From: an uncultured virus (IMG/VR IMGVR_UViG_3300032093_000024)
Lineage: Duplodnaviria; Heunggongvirae; Uroviricota; Caudoviricetes
Length of the DNA stretch: 64,000 nt
IMG/VR virus record: IMGVR_UViG_3300032093_000024
Strand: one strand, 5' to 3'
Shown: one piece after another, positions 9,137 to 17,035 of the stretch
Layout: every line of letters begins with the position of its first letter
How positions within the stretch are numbered: the stretch's first letter is position 1
Made by a program: the position numbers and the translations under genes
Notes under the pieces: generated by a model
Seen by the model: only the letters and a program-made list of their open reading frames with translations
Told to the model about the DNA's origin: nothing
The model's database searches: none

Positions 9137-10423
9137 TTAAACGTTTCCGTAATCCTTTCCCCAACTGGCTTTAATAGGGAATCCACCTTCTTCAATTATT
9201 TCTTTTAACCCCTTAATCAAACTCTTATCCACATCAGTAGGTACATCAAAAAGGAATGAGTCATAAGTGTACAATTCCAAACTTATTCCACTCCCCTTTA
9301 TGTAATCCAATATCTTCCTCATTTTATCCACATTCACTTCAGTTTCATATGCTTGTAGGAGATAGTTAAATACTTTTTGAGAATTTGGTTGTTCCACCCA
9401 CATTGTAGGGATTTGGCGGTTTGGTGTTTGGATGTAACCCTTCACCACACTCTCTTTCCAAAACCTTTCAATAAAATCAGCTACCTTATCAAAGTATGGT
9501 ATTTGTCTAAACTCATCATCAATCCCACCATAAAGGAGACGGAACGTTACTCCCTTACCTTCAGCCAAATCACACCCATATTGGTCAGCTAACCATTGGT
9601 GAACATTTGTTTGTGGAAGTGGGAAATCAATCAGTTTACCAATAAGACGTGGGTGATACGAATCATAATCCATTTGTAAGAATATCCCATCCGCTATTAA
9701 GGTATCTCTACTCCCATCCGATTTGTTGAGAGCCGCATAGTTTACTCCCGCATGTCTATTGGATGGACGACCAGTAATTGTAAATGGATTGTATTCGGTG
9801 TACACCACATTATCGGATGTAATGTGTTTGGAAGACTGTGGCCATCTATCAATGAATTTTTCCCTTGCGACACGAATTCCGAATTGTTCAATTTCTGAAA
9901 GGATTGGTAAGAAAATATCGTTATACCAATTATAAGTTTTAGTCTTTTGATTACGGTGTTTTAAGAATTCATTATCTACCGCTTCCGCAAGTTTAAGAAT
10001 GGGAATGGATTGAATGACATCTTCTTTGTAACCTTTGTGTAGTAAGGGAGCTACTAAACCTTGTAGTGGTTGGTTGTAATCTATGGTATCTCCAGTTTTT
10101 AGAAAGTGAGCCGTATCAATGTCATTCAATCCTTCCCTTAAATTGGAGAACGATTGTAGTAGCTTCTTCTTTTGGAAAACCCACTTTTCACCCATTGTAT
10201 TTAGAACACCCTCTATAAGTGATTTAGAGAGTGATAGAGTATCGGTATGCCGATGTGGAAGAATATACCTATCTTCTACAGTTCGTATCAGGATAAAGGA
10301 TATATCGGTGTTTCGTGGGTGTTTATCATTATCTACCCAAAACGGATACCAAAGGGATACTTCAGTTTCCAATTTCACCTTCAATTCATCCAGCTCACCA
10401 ATATTTTCCACTATCTTTATCAT
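9137..10423 (-). CDS. Short family-A DNA polymerase-like protein
   Basis: 428 aa; TITGRPSN, motif A LQMDYDSYHPRL, motif B GKGVTFRLLYGG, FNYLLQAYETE, motif C LYTYDSFLFD, C-terminal WGKDY. Confidence 0.8.
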   Translation of the reverse strand: MIKIVENIGELDELKVKLETEVSLWYPFWVDNDKHPRNTDISFILIRTVEDRYILPHRHTDTLSLSKSLIEGVLNTMGEKWVFQKKKLLQSFSNLREGLNDIDTAHFLKTGDTIDYNQPLQGLVAPLLHKGYKEDVIQSIPILKLAEAVDNEFLKHRNQKTKTYNWYNDIFLPILSEIEQFGIRVAREKFIDRWPQSSKHITSDNVVYTEYNPFTITGRPSNRHAGVNYAALNKSDGSRDTLIADGIFLQMDYDSYHPRLIGKLIDFPLPQTNVHQWLADQYGCDLAEGKGVTFRLLYGGIDDEFRQIPYFDKVADFIERFWKESVVKGYIQTPNRQIPTMWVEQPNSQKVFNYLLQAYETEVNVDKMRKILDYIKGSGISLELYTYDSFLFDVPTDVDKSLIKGLKEIIEEGGFPIKASWGKDYGNV

Positions 10424-10661
10424 TCTTCTTTGCTGCTTGTGCTTTTTCTAATACTGATTGTTTTTTAGCCAACTTAGCTTCTTTATAAGCTTTCTTCATC
10501 ATCTTATCATACCCAGCTGGAAACTTATTGGTAACTTCAATTGGTCCATTTGGAAATTTCTTCAAATCATATTTCCATACGGATTCAGTTCCATCATCAT
10601 CTTTATATGTTATTTCAAACTTTGTTGGTTTATCTATTGGTTTTTCCGGCCATCTACCCAT
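10395..10661 (-). CDS. Hypothetical protein (88 aa)
   Basis: Start reassigned to ATG 10661 (MGRWPEKP..) because the promoter at 10676-10707 lies within the longer ORF-track version; overlaps polA-like start. Confidence 0.65.
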   Translation of the reverse strand: MGRWPEKPIDKPTKFEITYKDDDGTESVWKYDLKKFPNGPIEVTNKFPAGYDKMMKKAYKEAKLAKKQSVLEKAQAAKKNDKDSGKYW

Positions 10662-10675
10662 AAAAACAATTTGTA

Positions 10676-10707
10676 CAAATATACAAAAAAAATCCCAAAC
10701 TACCAAA
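10676..10707 (-). promoter_or_regulatory. Bacteroidota-type promoter (TTTG-N20-TATATTTG)
   Basis: Plus strand CAAATATA 10676-10683, CAAA 10704-10707, 20-nt spacer. Confidence 0.7.
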
Positions 10708-10723
10708 TAATAGTTCGGGATTT
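10685..10723 (-). terminator. Intrinsic terminator of tmRNA
   Basis: Minus strand AAATCCCGAACTA-loop-TAGTTTGGGATTT (one G.U pair) followed by a U run, starting just after the tmRNA CCA. Confidence 0.75.
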
Positions 10724-10724
10724 G

Positions 10725-11098
10725 TGGTGGAGATGGTGGGATTCGAACCCACGTCTTACGAAGTAACCATAATACCAGCTTTTCACACGTTTAGGATAAG
10801 GTTTAATCTTATTCACCTTCCAAAATAATTGGGGCCGTTTGGTTAGAACAGCGCTACCACCAACCGATTTAAAGTTTCGGTAAACTTAATGCTCATTCTT
10901 TTTAAATTCCACGATGAGTGCGGAAGGGATTAGGCTGCTACAGCGTAATCAGCACCTACGAATGCCATAACGTCATCGAAGGTCCATGTAGATAATTCTA
11001 CGTCATTTATTGTTTGATTCCGAGATTAAAGTGGTTTGAGAACCTTCCCACTACGTGTGATACTACAATTCGCATCGCAATCAAGTCCAGTCATCCCC
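10725..11098 (-). ncRNA. ssrA: tmRNA (one-piece, 374 nt)
   Basis: 5' GGGGATG pairs with 3' CATCTCC-ACCA with the G3.U alanine determinant; T-arm GTGGGTTCGAATCCCAC; resume context AATAAAT-GAC; tag ORF 11004-10930 = DVELSTWTFDDVMAFVGADYAVAA*. Confidence 0.95.
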
Positions 11099-11105
11099 AT
11101 ATTTG

Positions 11106-11137
11106 TAAATATACAAAAAGTATTTGAATTTACCAAA
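11106..11137 (-). promoter_or_regulatory. tmRNA promoter (TTTG-N20-TATATTTA)
   Basis: Plus strand TAAATATA 11106-11113 and CAAA 11134-11137; ends 7 nt upstream of the mature 5' G. Confidence 0.65.
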
Positions 11138-11503
11138 TTAATATAAAGAAAATTGCGAATGAAACGGAAGATGATTTATAATACCAATAATTTTTTTTGA
11201 AGCTATTTTGAGTGATTGTTTATTTGAATTTTCAATTTCATTTAAATTACCTGTTATTCTCCATTCTAAAGAAGAAGTATTCCAAAATGGGTCAGTTAAA
11301 TACTTCTCATACTCTTTTGAATTTATTTCATATATTGTGGCATCTTTATCATTAACTCTTTGAATAAAATACCTCACAATATATCCTCTCCTATAATCAA
11401 TATAATTTGGAGTTGGTATAAATGTTCTAATAGTATGGTTTACTGGTCCACGCTTATTTTGTGCATTTAGCAATTGATTATATTCAAATGTACTTATTCC
11501 CAT
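11138..11503 (-). CDS. Hypothetical protein, last gene of baseplate operon
   Basis: 121-aa ORF abutting the hub gene; PTPNYIDYRRGYIVRYF. Confidence 0.7.
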   Translation of the reverse strand: MGISTFEYNQLLNAQNKRGPVNHTIRTFIPTPNYIDYRRGYIVRYFIQRVNDKDATIYEINSKEYEKYLTDPFWNTSSLEWRITGNLNEIENSNKQSLKIASKKIIGIINHLPFHSQFSLY

Positions 11504-11504
11504 T

Positions 11505-14500
11505 TTATTGTATTTGTCTATATTCTCCTTGTACTCTTGTTGTCCATTTCATATCCTGTATAGTTTGTTCAATTTCAGTCACTTGAAAGAACCCGTACTT
11601 ACTATATTTATCCGGTATTCCAATTATATTAAACGTATCACCCCTTCTTATTCCACTTCTCCCTAATATTGTAAATGAATATTTTATAGGAAGTGGTGGT
11701 GACATTTGTCCTTTTCCTAATACTGCAGGTACTTGATTTGTTTTAAGGATGTTTAAAAATTTGGAATCTCTACAACAATAAATTTTAAATTTATTTTTAA
11801 ATACATCAATATTATTTATAAAGTTATTTAAATCATCTTGTGTTAATGTATTTTGTGTTGGGTCAGGAACAATATCAATTTTTTCTAAATTTTGTGATAT
11901 ATTTGCAGCTGCTGCTTGTTGTGCTGCTGCAGCAAATTCTTCACCTTTAGTTTTTAAATCATTCTCTATTCTCAATTGCTCCGCTTTTTCCGCATCTACT
12001 TCTTTTTTTATTTTATCAATTTCAGCCTGTATTTCTTTTTGTTTACCTTTATAATAATTTAATTTAGCAGGGTCAGAAGTTTCGTTTACATCTATTTCAA
12101 AATATTCAGTACCATCAACACTATCTTCAAGTCTCTTATATGCTTTTATTCTTTTTTCATTTGCAGCAATTAGTTCTTCTTTCTTTTTTGTTTTTTCTTT
12201 GTTTGCGTTATTTTCTTTTTCTTTTTGTATTAATTCTTCACCAGATTTTTTTTGTTCTTCACTAATTGCTTTTTGGTTTACTGAATTTACTTTAGTTTGT
12301 AAATCGGTTGGTTTATCTTCACCAACTTTCGTTTGTGCAGTTTCATCTTCTTTTTTAGCACCCTCACCACTTGATGAAGGTCCGCTATCTGCTACAGGTA
12401 AATATTTTTTAAAAAATCTATCAGTTGAATTAGAAAAACATCCCCCTATTGCAATATCCTTTTGGTCTGGATTTGATGATAAACTTAATCTTTGGTTTAT
12501 AATTTTATTCATCATTGCACCAGGTATTTCAATATTCAAATCAGCTGCTAAAAATCTACTCTTTTCACCACTATGAACAAACACAGGTGGTGTGACATTT
12601 TTTTTACCAACCCAATTTTCATCATAAACAGTAAAAATTGTAGTTTTTTGTCCATTTACAGTTTTATTTTTTTCAGCTATTTGAAAATTCCAAAACGAAT
12701 TTGTTGCTAAACTCATTTCATTTAAAAGAGTTTGTAAAACCTCTCTCATAGTACGATTAGGTTTTTCCATTTCTTCTTTAAAAAAATCAAAATTTATATA
12801 CAAGTTTTTAAGATACCCCCATTTATATGAGTCTTCTACAAACCCATCATCATTGAGGATATCTGATTGTGCAAATCTTATTTCAACATCCCCTACTTTA
12901 ATAGCGTTATCTATTAATTCTTCATCTAAGCTTAATTCAGCTCTATTTTGTTCCATAAAAAATTTACTAAAATTTGGCATCCAACCAGGTATTAATAATC
13001 TTTCTGGTTTAGTTGAATAAATTCCTTTAAATGCGCCAATTTTAGTATCATTAATATCAACTACAACATTAATTGGTATTGTTGAAACTAATAATGCTTT
13101 TAAATTAGAGTTAGCATTTAATATTTGTACTGCCTTTCCAAATCTTAAATACCTGTTTTTTGAAAATAATTTTTCTTTTGGTAACGGTAATCCACCAGCC
13201 AACATAATTTCAGTTGCGTTTGCTTGACCAGTTGGAGCTGCAGTAAATCCTCCTGCTCCACCAACTTGTCCAGGTTGCCCTGCAGGCTGTGGTGTTGGGT
13301 CTGCGGGTACGGGTGGTCCTTGCTTTAAAAACCAACGTTGCCCACTAGTCTTATTAATATCTTCACCCTTTTCATTTTGTTTATAACCAAAACGTGCTCT
13401 TGATGTTTTTGCTTCTTCAAATTCAGTATCGGTTACTTTATTAGTCTCTTTCCACGTAATCCACGCAGGTGCTTTTTCTCCAGCTTTTCCCGTACCATTT
13501 ACCCATTCATTTGCAATAAGGTTAAGTCTTTCCCATTTTTTAAATTCCGGGTCAGTTCTTTTTTTACCATTATTTGCATCTTCAGTAACTTTTCTTTCTT
13601 GACCTGATTGATTGGCTGCGGTATTAGTTGTTGACGTTGAATTAGTCCCTGCCGTACTAGAACTTCCCGATACAAATCCTCCCAATCCATCTATTGTTCT
13701 ACCATCTCTATAAATTGAAATTTGATTTTCTATTACAGGATCTAAATTAATAAAATCTAAATTGGAAAATTGGTCAGTTTTACTAAATAATAAGTTTTTT
13801 ACTTGTGTTGTCTGACGAGTTTTTGGAAGTTGATTAAACATAAATTTAAATCTTCTTTCCGCCATTTGGTCTGCTGATTCCAAGTTTAAATCAGGTAATG
13901 TAAATGGATGTGTTGCATCATCATTTGATATTACACCTTTTTTGTTTGCTTTTTCAACATTATGGTGAGTTTGTAAATATGTTGGTAATCCAGGTGCACC
14001 TCTTAATTTAATTGAAATTTCAAATGCATCTCCATTAGAAACTACATTACCACCTACAATAAAACCAAAAAATGAGTCATACTCACCACCTGTATCCCTT
14101 CTCCATTCATGCAATGTTGAATAGTCTAGATTTCTATTACCAACCAAATATGCAATTTTTCTTGCATCAGAAGTATTAATTAATCCAGAGTATGCGTTGG
14201 CCGTGTTCCATCCGTATTCTAAATTTAACGAATGACCAGGCTCCATAAAATATTTTTGAATTAATTCTACCTGCCCTAATGTAAATGCGGTAATTTTTAA
14301 ATCAGCATGTCTAGATATTTGGTCCTTTCCTTCTTTAATGTTTATCGCAGTAACAATAGGTGATGGTTTAAAAGGTATATCTCCTATTTCAGTATTACTT
14401 ACGTTAATTGGTTTACCATTCCAATCTACACCAATAGTACCACTTCTATCCGCATTACCATAAAAAGATGCCCCATTAAGACCGGTTGCTTCAAAAAGTT

Positions 14501-14648
14501 TCCAATCAGGATTAGAAATCATTATACATCCATCTCCTGTGCCTGATATTAATCTTACAAACACATTTAGTCTTGAATAATCTAAAAGGCTTGTATTTTT
14601 AATTTTATCAACAATTACACTCTCTATTGCGGTAAGACGTGGAAACAT
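11505..14648 (-). CDS. Putative baseplate hub protein (gp27/gpD-like)
   Basis: 1047 aa; position after tape measure/tube initiator/LysM genes; C-terminal PIKYSFTILGRSGIRRGDTF..FQVTEIEQTI..WTTRVQG resembles hub C-terminal barrel. Confidence 0.6.
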   Translation of the reverse strand: MFPRLTAIESVIVDKIKNTSLLDYSRLNVFVRLISGTGDGCIMISNPDWKLFEATGLNGASFYGNADRSGTIGVDWNGKPINVSNTEIGDIPFKPSPIVTAINIKEGKDQISRHADLKITAFTLGQVELIQKYFMEPGHSLNLEYGWNTANAYSGLINTSDARKIAYLVGNRNLDYSTLHEWRRDTGGEYDSFFGFIVGGNVVSNGDAFEISIKLRGAPGLPTYLQTHHNVEKANKKGVISNDDATHPFTLPDLNLESADQMAERRFKFMFNQLPKTRQTTQVKNLLFSKTDQFSNLDFINLDPVIENQISIYRDGRTIDGLGGFVSGSSSTAGTNSTSTTNTAANQSGQERKVTEDANNGKKRTDPEFKKWERLNLIANEWVNGTGKAGEKAPAWITWKETNKVTDTEFEEAKTSRARFGYKQNEKGEDINKTSGQRWFLKQGPPVPADPTPQPAGQPGQVGGAGGFTAAPTGQANATEIMLAGGLPLPKEKLFSKNRYLRFGKAVQILNANSNLKALLVSTIPINVVVDINDTKIGAFKGIYSTKPERLLIPGWMPNFSKFFMEQNRAELSLDEELIDNAIKVGDVEIRFAQSDILNDDGFVEDSYKWGYLKNLYINFDFFKEEMEKPNRTMREVLQTLLNEMSLATNSFWNFQIAEKNKTVNGQKTTIFTVYDENWVGKKNVTPPVFVHSGEKSRFLAADLNIEIPGAMMNKIINQRLSLSSNPDQKDIAIGGCFSNSTDRFFKKYLPVADSGPSSSGEGAKKEDETAQTKVGEDKPTDLQTKVNSVNQKAISEEQKKSGEELIQKEKENNANKEKTKKKEELIAANEKRIKAYKRLEDSVDGTEYFEIDVNETSDPAKLNYYKGKQKEIQAEIDKIKKEVDAEKAEQLRIENDLKTKGEEFAAAAQQAAAANISQNLEKIDIVPDPTQNTLTQDDLNNFINNIDVFKNKFKIYCCRDSKFLNILKTNQVPAVLGKGQMSPPLPIKYSFTILGRSGIRRGDTFNIIGIPDKYSKYGFFQVTEIEQTIQDMKWTTRVQGEYRQIQ

Positions 14649-14938
14649 TATTCAGTAAATTTATTAACTATTTCAATATATTGTACAGGTATTCTCAAAA
14701 CAGTACCATCTTCAAAACCAAATACTGCATTATGAATATTATTAGCCGATGCAATAATCCACCATAAATTTGGGTCATTATAAAAAGTTTTTGCCAATGT
14801 ATCCAATCTATCACCGGTTTCAGTTGCTATGTATATATCACTTTCTCTTAAAGGAATATTAGGAAATCTTCTAGTACGATAGACGGTTTTACCATCTATT
14901 GTTTTTCTTGTTCCTAATCTTGCATATCTACTTTTCAT
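14648..14938 (-). CDS. LysM-domain baseplate protein (gp53/P2 X-like)
   Basis: GDRLDTLAKTFYNDPNLWWIIASANNI..GTVLRIP. Confidence 0.85.
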   Translation of the reverse strand: MKSRYARLGTRKTIDGKTVYRTRRFPNIPLRESDIYIATETGDRLDTLAKTFYNDPNLWWIIASANNIHNAVFGFEDGTVLRIPVQYIEIVNKFTE

Positions 14939-14950
14939 ATATTAAGTTAA

Positions 14951-17023
14951 TTAAAGTTGAGCAGGAGGATTTACAGCACTACCATCTCCAAAAAATTGTT
15001 TATTTGTTCTTTTTTGAACATAAATATATCTCCAAGTTGTTGTTCCTTCTATTCTTTGTTGAGTATTAGATTTCGTTAATCTTAATCTTTTTTGAATTTT
15101 TTTAGCTTCATCACTATCATCATCAAATTGCGTATCACTACCTTGTTCATCTTTTTCAGGTGTCAGAGGAGTAGCAGAAGGTGTACCTTTATTTGTTGAC
15201 TCAAATTTATTAGCATTTTGTCTGTTAGCTTCTAACCTTGCATCATCTTTTGATGGTTTATATCCATACAAATAGTCTCCAACCAACGCTTTATTACTTT
15301 GTGTTTCTGAACCAGGAACATAATTAAATGTATTTGATTTTGCTTCAACAAATTTTAGTGTCAAAGTAATTTCTATAATCATTGGTAAGCGGTAGTTTTG
15401 TACATCCTGCCCATTTAAACCAACTTCCCATGGATAGTCATCATCTATGTTATAAGTCATATTTTCTATAAAACATTCCTTATTTCTGTACATATCCCCT
15501 AAAGTAATTCTTAAAAATGGTGCTGATACGGCGCCTGTTATATTTTCATAATTTTGTGGATATACTAAAGATGAAAGGTAGGCTATTTTATGCCAATTCA
15601 TTTTATGTTCTTCTTTATGTAAAGATGCAACTTTAAATGTAAACTGAACACTTCTTTCTATACTTTGATATGTGTAAAAATTAAACGGTGAACCAATGAA
15701 TCGGCTACTATCCCAAGTTGGTGAAAATTGTTCACTTAAACCAGTAATTGTTCCTCTAAATACAACTGCTGTAGAGTTTGCTATTGAAACAAATTTTAAT
15801 GGAATATAATCTAAACCATCTAATTGTTTTTCAACTTCGGCTGTTTTTTCTGATTTATTAAAAGGACCGGTCTGATTTAAAACATCTCTATAAAGTTTTC
15901 CAACATCAGTTAAACCCAATTTATTTCTATCAGTTGTTCTTTGAACTTTTGAATAAATAGGATTTTCATCGGTTTCATATTCTGATTTATTTTGTGCTAA
16001 TTCTGGTAAAAATTTTAGTTTTGTTTGTTTTGCAGTTTCTGCATCTCCAACATAATTTGCTAATAAATTACTTGATAAATCGTTTCTTTCTGTATAATCA
16101 GTATCATTTGTTTTAAACGGCTGATTAGCAAAATTGAGTGGGTTTTTTCCAAAATCTCTCTCATTTTTTGTTACATCGGAATATTTTCTTAATGATGAAT
16201 ATTTAATACTCACATTTCCGGTTTCTCTGAGCTCTTTCGCTAATTGTTGAGCTTTTTCTCCACCCGTTGATAACCAACCTGCAACTTTTTTTGCAACCAA
16301 TTTTTTAGCTTGCTCTTGTGCTATGTTTAAACCTTGATTGACCAATGTTTGTTTTATTTGGTCAGGTGTTCCAGTTGCGTTTCTAGCTAAAAATGTTGCA
16401 ACTTTTGTACCATTTGAAATATTTTTAAGAGTTGCCAGTATTTGATGTGTACGAAATTCTTCACTTACACCTGGTACTTTTATTTTAAATAACGGACTAG
16501 AAACAACTTTTGAAGGTATTAATACATCTGGAAAAAATGAACCAAATGTATTTTTAAATTGTCCAACTGCTTTTGTTGCAAGTGCTTTTGGATTAAATGT
16601 TGCAGGAACTCCAACTGCCTTTGAAGCACCAAATTTAAATGCCTCTCCTACAGTATCTCCTACAATTTGTGCAGCAGTTGCTGCTAATCCTTTACCCCCA
16701 GTTCCAATCTTCATTGTTTCTACTAATGAAGTTTGTTGTGTGGACATTCTTAATACATCAGTACCATAAATGGCAGGTGAACCTAAAACCATGTATTGAA
16801 ATAATCCAACGTTTTCTTGTTCTAATCTCGTTTCTCCAATTCTTTCTGTCTTATTTCCACTTCTCAATCTAATAATACCAGGTGTAGCAGTTTTGTTTAA
16901 TGCAAAACTCGTAGATGATATAGGTACACTTTTACTATCTCTAACTTCAAACGCATCTTTTGGCGTTTGATTTGCAAGAGTATCATATTTTTTATTATTA
17001 AAAAGTTCTAATAATGTTGGCAT
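14951..17023 (-). CDS. Putative baseplate tail-tube initiator (gp48/gp54-like C-terminal domain)
   Basis: LSEQFSPTWDSSRFIG..YTYQSIERSVQFTFKV..APFLRITLGDMY..PWE..LPMIIEITLTL; follows tape measure. Confidence 0.6.
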   Translation of the reverse strand: MPTLLELFNNKKYDTLANQTPKDAFEVRDSKSVPISSTSFALNKTATPGIIRLRSGNKTERIGETRLEQENVGLFQYMVLGSPAIYGTDVLRMSTQQTSLVETMKIGTGGKGLAATAAQIVGDTVGEAFKFGASKAVGVPATFNPKALATKAVGQFKNTFGSFFPDVLIPSKVVSSPLFKIKVPGVSEEFRTHQILATLKNISNGTKVATFLARNATGTPDQIKQTLVNQGLNIAQEQAKKLVAKKVAGWLSTGGEKAQQLAKELRETGNVSIKYSSLRKYSDVTKNERDFGKNPLNFANQPFKTNDTDYTERNDLSSNLLANYVGDAETAKQTKLKFLPELAQNKSEYETDENPIYSKVQRTTDRNKLGLTDVGKLYRDVLNQTGPFNKSEKTAEVEKQLDGLDYIPLKFVSIANSTAVVFRGTITGLSEQFSPTWDSSRFIGSPFNFYTYQSIERSVQFTFKVASLHKEEHKMNWHKIAYLSSLVYPQNYENITGAVSAPFLRITLGDMYRNKECFIENMTYNIDDDYPWEVGLNGQDVQNYRLPMIIEITLTLKFVEAKSNTFNYVPGSETQSNKALVGDYLYGYKPSKDDARLEANRQNANKFESTNKGTPSATPLTPEKDEQGSDTQFDDDSDEAKKIQKRLRLTKSNTQQRIEGTTTWRYIYVQKRTNKQFFGDGSAVNPPAQL

Positions 17024-17035
17024 TTTACTAATTTT

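Noticed and set aside
10725..10760. tRNA-like 3' end (T-arm + CCA) as a tRNA gene or attachment site
   Set aside because: Pairs with GGGGATG 374 nt away and encloses a tag ORF, so it is the tmRNA; no anticodon arm, no integrase or duplicate copy in the window.
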